Sequence record: OP114734.1
Reading direction: 5' to 3' (one strand)
Length of the DNA: 64,000 bases
DNA from: Escherichia phage vB_ESM-pEJ01
Program-made: the position numbers and the translations under genes
Shown here: positions 55,367 through 64,000 of the stretch, piece by piece
How positions within the stretch are numbered: position 1 is the first letter of the stretch
How the letters are laid out: each line of letters opens with the position of its first letter
Notes under the pieces: model-generated
Databases searched by the model: none
What the model was told of the DNA's origin: nothing
The model's input: only the letters and a program-made list of their open reading frames with translations

Positions 55367-56857
55367 ATGGCAGATTTGAAATATGGATCTACTGTAGGTG
55401 GATCTCCCATTTGGACGCAAGGAAACTTGACGATCCAGCCAGCAGGGGATCAGCTTTTCTACAAAGGTCATAAAATCTATACCGCTTTTGATAGACCTTC
55501 GGCTACCGATTTTGATGCTGTTAGTGCATCCGAAGGTGGCACATTTCAAAAGCAAGTTCATTTCGAGGAAGGTTTAAGCGTAGGTAGCGCATCGGCAGGT
55601 GAAACCAAAAAGAATGGTATCTTTAAAGGTCAGAGCGACGCTGCTAATTTTGACGGCGTAAGCTGGGGTTTGCATTCATGGAAGTCAATCGGCTTTGTTA
55701 ATGCCCGTGATGGCGTTATTATGGCGTATATTGACACCACAACGGGCGAATTTAAGTCTAAAGGGACTATCGAAGGGACAACCATTAAAGACACAGGTCA
55801 ACGCGTCTATAGCCCTGTTAATAAACCAACGAATAATGATTTGGATTTAGTTTCCCGTCGCGGTGATACTCTCTCAGGAACGTATAATTTAAACACTGTC
55901 ACTGTTAAACTATCGGTTGATTCGAAATTAATTGCAAGGGAACGTGATTTAATTAATTTTGATGCGACTAAGATCTATTATGGTAACGTTCTTGATACGT
56001 TGGTCTTCCGAAGTAAAGATGAGCCTACCATTTTTGTTAATGGCAAAGAAGGTCGTTTTTATCACACCAACAATAAACCAACTAAAGCCGATGTTGGGCT
56101 AGGCAATGTCACCAATGATGCACAGGTTAAACGTGCTGGTGATATTATGGAAGGTAACTTGCAAGCGCCTAGAATGTTGGCGACAAACGATCCTGCTGGT
56201 CCTAATGAATTGGTTCGTTTGAGCTACTTTGAGAGAAAATCAATGGTAGCAAATCCAACCATCATTGGAAACGTTGATTGGAACACTCTTATTAATCGCG
56301 GTATCTATCGTGTGGAAAATGCTGGGTCGGGTACTAATAAACCGTCTGATAGCTATTATAATGGCGTTTTGATGGTATATCGCCCAGAAGATGCGGTCGG
56401 TACTCGTCGAATTGTTCAGGTGTATTATCCTGAATCTATTGACCATCCGATGTGCTGGCGTTCGTGTTCTAATGAATCATGGACTGCATGGAACTATGTA
56501 GATCACCGTAAATTAGCCGATATTCGCTATGTTAACGTAACTGGCGATACCATGACAGGACCGTTAACTGTTCCGGCTGTAAACGGTGTTAGAACAGCTA
56601 AAACTAACTATAACGGGGATAACTGTTATGCGGCGTTAAGCGGTGCTGATGGTACTGCTATGATTCACCGCATTAGTGATATTAAAGGGACCGAAAAGCT
56701 GGGGATCACCCACGACTCAAAGGTCGTGTTTTTCCGTTCTCGAAACAATACTCAAACCGTGGACCGCTATCAGCTTTATCATGAAGGTAATAAACCTACT
56801 CCGGCTGATGTTGGAGCGGTTCCACTTAATGCGGTGATTGATTTTGGTACTTTCTAA
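55367..56857 (+). CDS. 36: Long tail fibre distal connector gp36 (enlarged, 496 aa)
   Basis: N-terminus MADLKYGSTVGGSPIWTQGN matches T4 gp36; longer than T4's 221 aa. Confidence 0.8.
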   Translation: MADLKYGSTVGGSPIWTQGNLTIQPAGDQLFYKGHKIYTAFDRPSATDFDAVSASEGGTFQKQVHFEEGLSVGSASAGETKKNGIFKGQSDAANFDGVSWGLHSWKSIGFVNARDGVIMAYIDTTTGEFKSKGTIEGTTIKDTGQRVYSPVNKPTNNDLDLVSRRGDTLSGTYNLNTVTVKLSVDSKLIARERDLINFDATKIYYGNVLDTLVFRSKDEPTIFVNGKEGRFYHTNNKPTKADVGLGNVTNDAQVKRAGDIMEGNLQAPRMLATNDPAGPNELVRLSYFERKSMVANPTIIGNVDWNTLINRGIYRVENAGSGTNKPSDSYYNGVLMVYRPEDAVGTRRIVQVYYPESIDHPMCWRSCSNESWTAWNYVDHRKLADIRYVNVTGDTMTGPLTVPAVNGVRTAKTNYNGDNCYAALSGADGTAMIHRISDIKGTEKLGITHDSKVVFFRSRNNTQTVDRYQLYHEGNKPTPADVGAVPLNAVIDFGTF

Positions 56858-56861
56858 TTTT

Positions 56862-56888
56862 AGCGGGGATTATCTCCCCGCTTTTCTA
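56862..56888 (+). terminator. Terminator-like hairpin between genes 36 and 37
   Basis: AGCGGGGA-TTATC-TCCCCGCT followed by TTTTCT. Confidence 0.45.
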
Positions 56889-56927
56889 AATAATATTATT
56901 CTAATAACCGTTTAAGGATTTTATAAA

Positions 56928-59834
56928 ATGGCAGATTTAAGCAGAATCCAATTTAAACGCACTAGCACTAAAGGTCGTAAACCGGATGCTAGTACGATGA
57001 ATCCGGGGGAATTGGCAATCAACCTTGCGGATCAATATCTTCTTACTAAAAATGATTCCGGTACTATTATCAATTTAAGTTGTCCTCCGGTTTATGACCG
57101 CGATGTTACAATGGCGGGTAAGGTTAAAGGTAATAATTATATCTTAAGTAAAACCGCTAACTATCTGGAAGATCAGACAGCGAGAGATCTTAACTACTTT
57201 GGCGCTTTCCGTACCAATGGTCTTGATGGTCTTCTCGAACTCACGCTAAACGTTCCTCACTCTTCCGGTGTCCAGCATGGTCGAGGATTTACTTTCCAGT
57301 ATGGACATACTGGATCACGAGTAGAAACCTATGGATACAATAAAGAAGGTCAAAAAGCATTTAGCTATAAAATGTATCACGAAGGTGATAAACCTACTCC
57401 CTCAGAATTGAACGTTTATAGCAAACAAGAAATTGACAGAATGTTTATTAAAAACGTTAAAATGTCTGTTCCTTCCGGTGACGCAACTCGTGGTTACTTT
57501 AAGATCGCGACCGCAATGATTCCGCAGAATGGTCGAATGGCATTTTTACGGATTTACGGCGGAAACGGATATAATGTTAACTCCTACGATCAGGTGGATT
57601 TCCTTGAAATTGTGATTCGTGGTGGTAATAATAACCCTAAAGGTGTTAGTATTGCTGCATATCGTCGTAATTCTTTGAACGTCCATGAAGTATTTGCAAT
57701 TAATACTTCCGGTGATAACTATGACATTTATGTTAACTATGGTCGTTACACCGATAACGTTATTGTAGAGTTTGGAAAAACTGTTGATGTTGCATTGACT
57801 GTTCACGATGTTCCTGAATTTTCGGCGACTAAACCCGCAACCGGAACTAAATTTGATGCTCGTGTTATTACGATGTTCAACACCGAAAACAAAGCCGGAA
57901 CGTTGATGTTTGATAATAACGGTCAAGGAACATATGATATTATCAGCTTGAATAACTCGACTGATAGCAATAAAAAATATCTTCGTAAGTTTCGTAGCAA
58001 ATCCGCAGAAACAATATGGCATGAGGTTGTCGAGGGTAGCGTATATCGTTTAGCTACTGGTTTTACTGATACAGCGGATCAATTAAAAATTGATTTTAAT
58101 GGTGTTACTGTAAACCGCCTTTTTGTTAAGGGTAATAACGCTATTAGAATGGAACGCCGCGACGGGCAAAGTAACTATATCGAATTCTTTGATTATCGTT
58201 CTGGTGCTAATCGTCGTCAGGGTTATCTAGGTTATGGTGATGGTACTACTAACACTGTACAGTTAGTAAATGAATTAACGGAAGGTAATAACTCTGTAAG
58301 ACTGGATGAGAACGGTCAAGTTTCATTATCCACAGGTAAAACAAAAATTGTATACACAAACGGCGAATATGTTGCTGCATACGCTAACGCATTCCGTATG
58401 ATCTACGGAAACTATGGTGCATTCTGGCGTAATGATGGTGGTAAAATTTATCTTCTGTCTACTGCCGAAAATGATAAATTTGGTAGCTGGAACGGCAACC
58501 GACCATTCATTTATTATTTGACTACCGGTAAAGTTACTTTAGGTGGTGATGGTAACGAAGGTGCATTAGTTCTCGAAAGAGATAGCCGTGCGGCTAGATT
58601 TGCAGGTGACATTTACGTCGGTAAAGGAATGCTAACCTTTGATGCTGGTCGATTAAATTCCCGCGATTACTTCCGGTTTAACCATTGGGGCGATAGCAAT
58701 AACGGTCGCGATAACATCCTACAGATTGAAGACAGTCAGGGCGCACATTTTATCACTGAACGTGCTATGGGTACTGGTAACATAACAGCACGTTTTAAAG
58801 GCTTTGTACGTGTAGAATCTGGTGAAATTGCATTTGATGCTAATCGGGGGTCGCAGTCTCAATTTACCTTACATACATGGGGTAACGAGCAACGCAAACA
58901 GGTTTTTGAATGTAAGGATGCTACAAGTTATCACTGGTATACTGAACGTACTCAGGGTGGCACTGGACCTATTCTGTTCTCTATGGCGGGTAGTCTAAAC
59001 GTTGGTAGCAATATCACAACAACTGGTGCTGATATTACGTTTAAACGCGCTGGCAATAAGCACATCTGGTTTAGAGATCCAGACGGTTTAGAGTTAGGCT
59101 TGATGTACTGCGATGATGCTGGTGTTATTCGCTTCCGTGGTCAGAAACAAGCCCAGGCGTGGAAACTTGCGGATAAGATGATTCATCTTGAATCTGGTAG
59201 CGTCGGCGGGTCTGATAAAGGTTTGATTCGTGGTAGTGTTGCTGGTGGTAGTTGGGCTGGCTGGCGTGACCGTGCTTCCGGTTTACAAGTTGATTGTCCT
59301 CAATCAACCAATTCCGCTCATAACATCTGGAAAGCTACTCATTGGGGTCAATATCATATTGCGGCAATGGGTGTACACGTTCCTGATGGTACTATCGGAA
59401 ATGCTATGGTGCGTATGCACGTACACGATGCAACTTTTGACTTTAGCGCAACTGGTGATTTCCAAGCAGGTCGTAACGGTAATTTTAACGATGTTTACAT
59501 TCGCTCTGATGCTCGCCTGAAAATCAATAAGGAAGAGTATAAGGAGAATGCCACCGATAAAGTTAATCGCTTGACGGTATACACCTATGACAAGGTTAAA
59601 TCTTTAACCGACCGTACTGTCATTGCCCATGAAGTTGGCATTATCGCACAGGATCTTGAGAAAGAATTGCCGGAAGCAGTAACAACTTCTAAGGTTGGCG
59701 ATCCAGATAAACCAGAAGAGATCTTAACAATTTCTAACTCTGCTGTCAACGCTCTTTTAATTAAGGCGTTTCAGGAAATGAGCGAAGAATTGAAAGCCGT
59801 TAAAGCTGAACTAGCGGAACTTAAAAAGAATTAA
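56928..59834 (+). CDS. 37: Long tail fibre distal subunit gp37 with C-terminal intramolecular-chaperone-like domain
   Basis: N-terminus LSRIQFKRTSTKGRKPDAS...GELAINL like T4 gp37; C-terminus has SDARLKINK and coiled coil. Confidence 0.8.
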   Translation: MADLSRIQFKRTSTKGRKPDASTMNPGELAINLADQYLLTKNDSGTIINLSCPPVYDRDVTMAGKVKGNNYILSKTANYLEDQTARDLNYFGAFRTNGLDGLLELTLNVPHSSGVQHGRGFTFQYGHTGSRVETYGYNKEGQKAFSYKMYHEGDKPTPSELNVYSKQEIDRMFIKNVKMSVPSGDATRGYFKIATAMIPQNGRMAFLRIYGGNGYNVNSYDQVDFLEIVIRGGNNNPKGVSIAAYRRNSLNVHEVFAINTSGDNYDIYVNYGRYTDNVIVEFGKTVDVALTVHDVPEFSATKPATGTKFDARVITMFNTENKAGTLMFDNNGQGTYDIISLNNSTDSNKKYLRKFRSKSAETIWHEVVEGSVYRLATGFTDTADQLKIDFNGVTVNRLFVKGNNAIRMERRDGQSNYIEFFDYRSGANRRQGYLGYGDGTTNTVQLVNELTEGNNSVRLDENGQVSLSTGKTKIVYTNGEYVAAYANAFRMIYGNYGAFWRNDGGKIYLLSTAENDKFGSWNGNRPFIYYLTTGKVTLGGDGNEGALVLERDSRAARFAGDIYVGKGMLTFDAGRLNSRDYFRFNHWGDSNNGRDNILQIEDSQGAHFITERAMGTGNITARFKGFVRVESGEIAFDANRGSQSQFTLHTWGNEQRKQVFECKDATSYHWYTERTQGGTGPILFSMAGSLNVGSNITTTGADITFKRAGNKHIWFRDPDGLELGLMYCDDAGVIRFRGQKQAQAWKLADKMIHLESGSVGGSDKGLIRGSVAGGSWAGWRDRASGLQVDCPQSTNSAHNIWKATHWGQYHIAAMGVHVPDGTIGNAMVRMHVHDATFDFSATGDFQAGRNGNFNDVYIRSDARLKINKEEYKENATDKVNRLTVYTYDKVKSLTDRTVIAHEVGIIAQDLEKELPEAVTTSKVGDPDKPEEILTISNSAVNALLIKAFQEMSEELKAVKAELAELKKN

Positions 59835-59875
59835 GGAAAATTCCCAGGGAAGGGAACTACTAAGGAGAAACGGCT

Positions 59876-60115
59876 ATGGTCTATAATATCGTCATTGGTG
59901 CTTTGTCTAATTTCGGAATGAAATTATTGTCAAAGTTAATTAGTGAAAAGATGCTCACTAAAATTTTCTTCTATTGCGCTCGTCGTCTTGCGGCTTATAC
60001 CAATACGCCAATTGATGATCGTTTTGTGGAAGAACTTTATAAGGAGTTTAATAAAGATCAGTCAGAAGATAGTAACGAGCAAGATAAACCTAGTGATAGT
60101 CAACTACCTAAATAA
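59876..60115 (+). CDS. Hypothetical small protein (79 aa) in the gp38 position
   Basis: AGGAG ribosome-binding site; hydrophobic N-terminus, acidic C-terminus; too small for gp38. Confidence 0.45.
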   Translation: MVYNIVIGALSNFGMKLLSKLISEKMLTKIFFYCARRLAAYTNTPIDDRFVEELYKEFNKDQSEDSNEQDKPSDSQLPK

Positions 60116-60148
60116 GAGTACACTGTCATAGTTATCTTAGGGCATTAT

Positions 60149-60805
60149 ATGCAAGTTTCTGAAAAAGGGAAAGACTTTGCTATCTCAAATGTCCTGCGCG
60201 CTATTTTCACAACTAAAAGCACGGAGTTGCTCGTACTTCGTGTTTTTGCTGCCGTCGTGTTGTCCATATTAGCATTTGTCGTTTATAGTAAAAACGAGTT
60301 ATTTGCGCTTTATAAAGAGACTCGTTATGAGACTTATGCTCACATTCTCCAGGTAGAGAAAGACCGCAATTTTGATAATGCAGCACAGGAGCAGTTACAG
60401 ATAGTTCATGTGTCGGCTGATGCCGATTTTTCTGCTGTTTTTAGCTTTCGTCCGAAAAACCTAAACTATTTTGTTGATTTGGTGGCATATGAAGGAAAGC
60501 TACCGCATACGATCGATGAAAAGAATTTAGGCGGGTTCCCTATCAATAAAACGAGTGAAGAATATCGTAGGCATCTTTTAGGTAAATCATATTTTACCGA
60601 TAAAGATTTCCAGTATATTCCATCGAGGGAGAAAAAATTAGAGAATATCGATATAGGGTTTATGTATTCTTGTCCTATATTCAATCTCGATAATGTCTAT
60701 TCTGGTAGTATCGCCATTGCATGGAAGAATAAACCGGATATTGACATTGAGAATTTGGATACTCTTTGCAATCAATCTGCCAGAATCCTCGGAAGGATTA
60801 GATAA
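60149..60805 (+). CDS. t: Holin T
   Basis: 218 aa, same length as T4 T; LEQLQIVH.S.EADFSAV.SFRPKNLNYFVD and YSCPYFNLDN-like motifs. Confidence 0.92.
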   Translation: MQVSEKGKDFAISNVLRAIFTTKSTELLVLRVFAAVVLSILAFVVYSKNELFALYKETRYETYAHILQVEKDRNFDNAAQEQLQIVHVSADADFSAVFSFRPKNLNYFVDLVAYEGKLPHTIDEKNLGGFPINKTSEEYRRHLLGKSYFTDKDFQYIPSREKKLENIDIGFMYSCPIFNLDNVYSGSIAIAWKNKPDIDIENLDTLCNQSARILGRIR

Positions 60806-60810
60806 CTTAA

Positions 60811-60842
60811 AGGGGAAGCCTTTCGGCCTCCCCTTCTTTTTT
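60811..60842. terminator. Bidirectional intrinsic terminator after t
   Basis: Stem AGGGGAAGCC-TTTC-GGCCTCCCCT followed by TTCTTTTTT. Confidence 0.6.
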
Positions 60843-61089
60843 ATTGGCGCATAGAAGCCCCTGAATCACATTTTGACGCTGTATGATGAAAACAGGTAGC
60901 GTACCAGTCATCGGCTTGTTTGTCTTCGTCAGAAAACGCGTAATTGCGTTGTATGCCGTTTTCTACTTTGACCAGTGCAATAGCTGTTTCTGGAAGATCA
61001 ATCAATCGGACAAAATCGCCATCTTCCCATTCTACACGAGCAATATCATAACCCATCTCAAAATAAACAATCGCTTGTTCTAATTTCAT
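60841..61089 (-). CDS. DUF2829 (Tad2-like) candidate small protein (82 aa)
   Basis: N-terminal pattern EQAIVYFEMGYDIARVEWEDGDFVRL and later ADDWY resemble the DUF2829 signature as remembered. Confidence 0.35.
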   Translation of the reverse strand: MKLEQAIVYFEMGYDIARVEWEDGDFVRLIDLPETAIALVKVENGIQRNYAFSDEDKQADDWYATCFHHTASKCDSGASMRQ

Positions 61090-61418
61090 TCTGGAAACTT
61101 CCCGTAAATGTTCTCTGCCAACATACGCGCATCGCTAATGATATCTTTCATGCTATGACCGTAGTGTTCAGCCATTGAGTTGACACAATCAACAAAGAAA
61201 TTATAACGGCGACGGTTTAAGATTTCTTCTCTGCTATAGTTTTCATATTTGACGGTCGAGTGTGCTTTCTCGATTGCCTTGATTGCTATATTGACTTCAT
61301 TGATAATGGTTTTAGCATTGTATGCGCCACGACGGATCAGGATATTTGTCAATTCTCTTGCAATATCTTGCAATTCTTCATATTCATGTTCAAACATAAT
61401 CAACCTCTCAAAATACAA
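61086..61418 (-). CDS. Hypothetical protein (110 aa)
   Basis: ORF in coupled - strand early cluster. Confidence 0.5.
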   Translation of the reverse strand: MYFERLIMFEHEYEELQDIARELTNILIRRGAYNAKTIINEVNIAIKAIEKAHSTVKYENYSREEILNRRRYNFFVDCVNSMAEHYGHSMKDIISDARMLAENIYGKFPE

Positions 61419-61421
61419 TCC

Positions 61422-61754
61422 TTACAGATGAAAACCTGTTACGATCACCGCATCGATCTTACCGCTAGGAATAAACGGTTCGCCCTCTTTTATTTCAACT
61501 TTGAATTGATGCCATTTCGCTAATACTTCTTCCGGTACACCCAGCGATTCGGCGTCTGCTTTAGTTTCATCCATAATCCAACTAGGCTGCATGAGAGCAT
61601 AGTTTACATAGTCCATTTCTGGGGTCATGTCATCAATGTTAATATATTTGCAGTTGACGCGTTTCAGAATTTCAAATTCTTTATTGTCAACCTGTACCAT
61701 GTATAATTCAGTAGTTTCTGGAATCAGTTCCCACACAATCAGTACATTTTTCAT
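61422..61754 (-). CDS. Hypothetical protein (110 aa)
   Basis: ORF in coupled - strand early cluster. Confidence 0.5.
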   Translation of the reverse strand: MKNVLIVWELIPETTELYMVQVDNKEFEILKRVNCKYINIDDMTPEMDYVNYALMQPSWIMDETKADAESLGVPEEVLAKWHQFKVEIKEGEPFIPSGKIDAVIVTGFHL

Positions 61755-61762
61755 AGTTCACC

Positions 61763-62131
61763 TCACTTAACAAAGATTTTCTTTAATGCTTTCAGGATCG
61801 TTGCTTCCGGCGCTTCTTCCGGTGGAGGAAGCAATTCTACCACTTCCTCTTCCAACTCGATATAGTCTACCAGATATTCTACATAGAATGCAAGTGCTTC
61901 CATGAAATTAGATGCTACATCCGATTCACCACAAGCGCCTACATGCATTGTATAAACATCACTGCGATCAAGTTTGTGGATGCTTCCCAGATAGTTTCGG
62001 TTATACCAGACTTCCCACACTTTCAGCTTTCCGGTTTTGGTTGCTGTTTTATAATCGGTTTCGTAATGATGCAATTGACGTTGCAAATCATTGATAATAA
62101 CACATTTTTCGTAATTGTTTTGAATTTCCAT
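61763..62131 (-). CDS. Hypothetical protein (122 aa)
   Basis: ORF in coupled - strand early cluster. Confidence 0.5.
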   Translation of the reverse strand: MEIQNNYEKCVIINDLQRQLHHYETDYKTATKTGKLKVWEVWYNRNYLGSIHKLDRSDVYTMHVGACGESDVASNFMEALAFYVEYLVDYIELEEEVVELLPPPEEAPEATILKALKKIFVK

Positions 62132-62141
62132 GATGTAATCC

Positions 62142-62333
62142 TCACTTATCGTTAAGAAGTTCTAAAACTTTCTGTCGTACTTTGTCAATATTAGTTGATT
62201 CAAAAACTGTACGGTATCCCCAGCTTTGACCGTATGATCGGTTGCAATCTCCATATCCCCATTGTTCAACCTGATAGTATTCAAGGAATGGATGCTGCCG
62301 AACTATGATACCATCTCTATTAAAAATTACCAT
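62142..62333 (-). CDS. Hypothetical small protein (63 aa)
   Basis: ORF with GAGGA ribosome-binding site. Confidence 0.45.
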   Translation of the reverse strand: MVIFNRDGIIVRQHPFLEYYQVEQWGYGDCNRSYGQSWGYRTVFESTNIDKVRQKVLELLNDK

Positions 62334-62355
62334 AATATAATCCTCACGTCAAAAC

Positions 62356-62643
62356 TTATTTTCGGTTGTGGTCACGATATGTTTTAAAATATCCCTCGTA
62401 CCACGGTAAAACATCTGGATTTTTACCACTATACAGACCTTTAACCATCATGTCAATAAGGCCATCTGGTGTTTGATAGTTTCCAGCTTTTATAAGCTCT
62501 CTGATTAAAATCTCTCTGTATATGTCTTTCGGATCTTCGTAATCAACTTGTATTGTGGTTGTGGTCTCATTCAATTTGGTTTCTGGATTATCTCGCATTG
62601 CATCCCACCAATCTTTTGTGACCTTCATGTTATTGAATTGCAT
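62356..62643 (-). CDS. Hypothetical protein (95 aa)
   Basis: ORF in coupled - strand early cluster. Confidence 0.5.
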   Translation of the reverse strand: MQFNNMKVTKDWWDAMRDNPETKLNETTTTIQVDYEDPKDIYREILIRELIKAGNYQTPDGLIDMMVKGLYSGKNPDVLPWYEGYFKTYRDHNRK

Positions 62644-62654
62644 AATTTAACCTC

Positions 62655-63413
62655 TTACTTGCAAACGTATTGATCTACATCAATTGCTCCACCGAATGTA
62701 GGATGACGTTTTTCAAATCGAATAGTTCCGTCGTTTGGTTCGAAAACGGAGTATTCATATAGATCTTTCTTGCCAACATTCTTATAAAACCCGCCTTTAG
62801 TCATAACGGTTTCTTGTACGTTTGCTTTGTGTACGTTGTATTCGTCAATGTATACAAAATCAACCATCTTCCCATTTTTAATGGTTACTTTAAGATCTCC
62901 TGGTTGATTTCCATATTTGGCATACAGTGGCGCTTCTTTAATTTTTGTGGAAATTCCATCTTTCATACTCCACTCATAACGAACGGTGCATTGATAGGTA
63001 AAAGTTTCGACCTTCGGTTCTTCCACCACTTTTTCTTCCTGTTTCGGTTGTTCTTCTTCAACCTTCGCAGAAGTCTCTGAATCGCTTTCTGACGCGGTTT
63101 CTTCTTTAGGTAATACATTCATCAAGTTTTGGATTTGAGCGTTGTATACAGCCTCCAGTGGCTGAATCTGCCCGATATTGATCATTGTATCACGAACAGT
63201 TTTATTCCAGTTGCGTTGCTCTTGTTTAAGAGACGGATCAATCTTAACAGCCTTAACATACACCTCATGAAGTTTCGAATCCAGTGCTGAGATTGACTCA
63301 TTAGCACAAATAAACTTCTCTGATTTGGTAGTGGCTTTAGCGCAATCAAAGGACGCAGCATTAGCACCGAAAGCAGTAGCGGAAATAACGATAGCAGCGA
63401 TAATGTTTTTCAT
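62655..63413 (-). CDS. Secreted protein with DUF1311/LprI-like N-terminal domain (252 aa)
   Basis: Signal peptide MKNIIAAIVISATAFGANA; SFDCAKATTKSEKFICANE pattern; acidic linker. Confidence 0.5.
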   Translation of the reverse strand: MKNIIAAIVISATAFGANAASFDCAKATTKSEKFICANESISALDSKLHEVYVKAVKIDPSLKQEQRNWNKTVRDTMINIGQIQPLEAVYNAQIQNLMNVLPKEETASESDSETSAKVEEEQPKQEEKVVEEPKVETFTYQCTVRYEWSMKDGISTKIKEAPLYAKYGNQPGDLKVTIKNGKMVDFVYIDEYNVHKANVQETVMTKGGFYKNVGKKDLYEYSVFEPNDGTIRFEKRHPTFGGAIDVDQYVCK

Positions 63414-63447
63414 AATATATTCCTCAATGTTTTGTCTTGATGGGAGT

Positions 63448-63476
63448 ATCTTACTACTCCCTTAATCCGGTGTCAA
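63448..63476 (-). promoter_or_regulatory. Early promoter (TTGACA-N17-TAAGAT) inside GGGAGTA/TACTCCC palindrome
   Basis: Plus strand reads GGGAGTATCTTACTACTCCCTTAATCCGGTGTCAA. Confidence 0.5.
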
Positions 63477-63483
63477 CTACTTT

Positions 63484-63696
63484 TTAATTTTTACCCGCTC
63501 GTGCATTAATACGCATTTTCTGCATAGCCATAATCTGGTTTACTGCTTCTTCTTTGCGTTTTTGCGTGATAACGTGACCAGATTCCGCAAACTCTCCCGC
63601 AACTTCTTCTACGATCTCGCGAACTTGAGAACGTCCAAAGATGCGGTTTCCTTCGTAGCTCATAAATTCAGTCACTACTTGCTCAATAGATTTCAT
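63484..63696 (-). CDS. Hypothetical small protein (70 aa)
   Basis: ORF with own promoter and ribosome-binding site. Confidence 0.5.
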   Translation of the reverse strand: MKSIEQVVTEFMSYEGNRIFGRSQVREIVEEVAGEFAESGHVITQKRKEEAVNQIMAMQKMRINARAGKN

Positions 63697-63729
63697 GTGA
63701 TTCTCCTTCTTTCGTTTCGGTGTGGGAGT

Positions 63730-63758
63730 ATGTTAATACTCCCATTTCTTTACGTCAA
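63730..63758 (-). promoter_or_regulatory. Early promoter (TTGACG-N17-TAACAT) inside GGGAGTA/TACTCCC palindrome
   Basis: Plus strand reads GGGAGTATGTTAATACTCCCATTTCTTTACGTCAA. Confidence 0.45.
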
Positions 63759-63761
63759 CAA

Positions 63762-63992
63762 CTATTTTAAATTATTTTCGACCTTCATCCATTCCGCGTA
63801 TTCTTGCGCGGCTACTTTCGGATTTAGTCCGTCTTCGTACATTGCTTCAAGTAATTCTTCGTCGGTGGGCTTATACCCTAGATAAGCCTCCACCTGATTT
63901 TTCCAAATTTTATACCAGTTCATATTATCACCAGTCAAGAGCGCGTGTCTCTGCGTCTTCCCATGCTTGATCCATAACAGCCTTGAAAACAT
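63762..63992 (-). CDS. Hypothetical small protein (76 aa); start may lie at an internal Met
   Basis: ORF at window edge. Confidence 0.4.
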   Translation of the reverse strand: MFSRLLWIKHGKTQRHALLTGDNMNWYKIWKNQVEAYLGYKPTDEELLEAMYEDGLNPKVAAQEYAEWMKVENNLK

Positions 63993-64000
63993 ATTCTAAA

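Noticed and set aside
60841-63696. AsiA or MotA homologues after t, as in T4
   Set aside because: None of the small proteins here resembles the remembered AsiA sequence; they are left as hypothetical.
1-64000. tRNA genes, integrase or transposase
   Set aside because: No cloverleaf-like sequences with GTTCxAxxC T-loop were seen in the non-coding gaps, and no ORF has integrase or transposase motifs.

Overview
This 64 kb window is a segment of a T4-like (Tevenvirinae/Straboviridae-type) lytic myovirus genome; gene order closely follows T4 (23-24 / hoc-inh / uvsW-uvsY / baseplate hub 25-26-51-27-28-29-48-54 / alt / 30 / 31-cd-pseT-rnlA-denA / nrdB-nrdA-td-frd / 32-59-33-dsbA-rnh / 34-35-36-37-t). 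All identifications are by reading the supplied translations against remembered T4 proteins and motifs; no database search was run, so family names for non-core genes are hypotheses. Late genes on the + strand carry TATAAATA late-promoter boxes. The - strand regions between alt and 30 (about 20.6-28.1 kb), between denA and nrdB, and after t are dense arrays of small early ORFs, most with their own sigma70-type promoter (TTGACA-N17-TATAAT on the - strand) and a strong AGGAG ribosome-binding site. The most unusual content is in these arrays: a tandem family of about seven small paralogues sharing an H-x-H-W motif, promoters with GC-rich palindromes across the -10/spacer, a four-gene cassette with a DUF262/ParB-like protein and a truncated C5-methyltransferase-like protein, two ADP-ribosyltransferases, a NADAR-like protein beside DNA ligase, and a possible DUF2829/Tad2-like protein after the holin. 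Other points: thymidylate synthase carries a roughly 120-residue in-frame insertion, gp37 ends in an intramolecular-chaperone-like domain with no gp38-sized gene following, a ~60 bp repeat element occurs three times in two distant intergenic regions, and four HNH-type endonuclease genes sit between core genes. No tRNA, CRISPR array, integrase or transposase was recognised. Coordinates of promoters, terminators and ORFs shorter than 60 codons were derived by hand and may be off by a few nucleotides.
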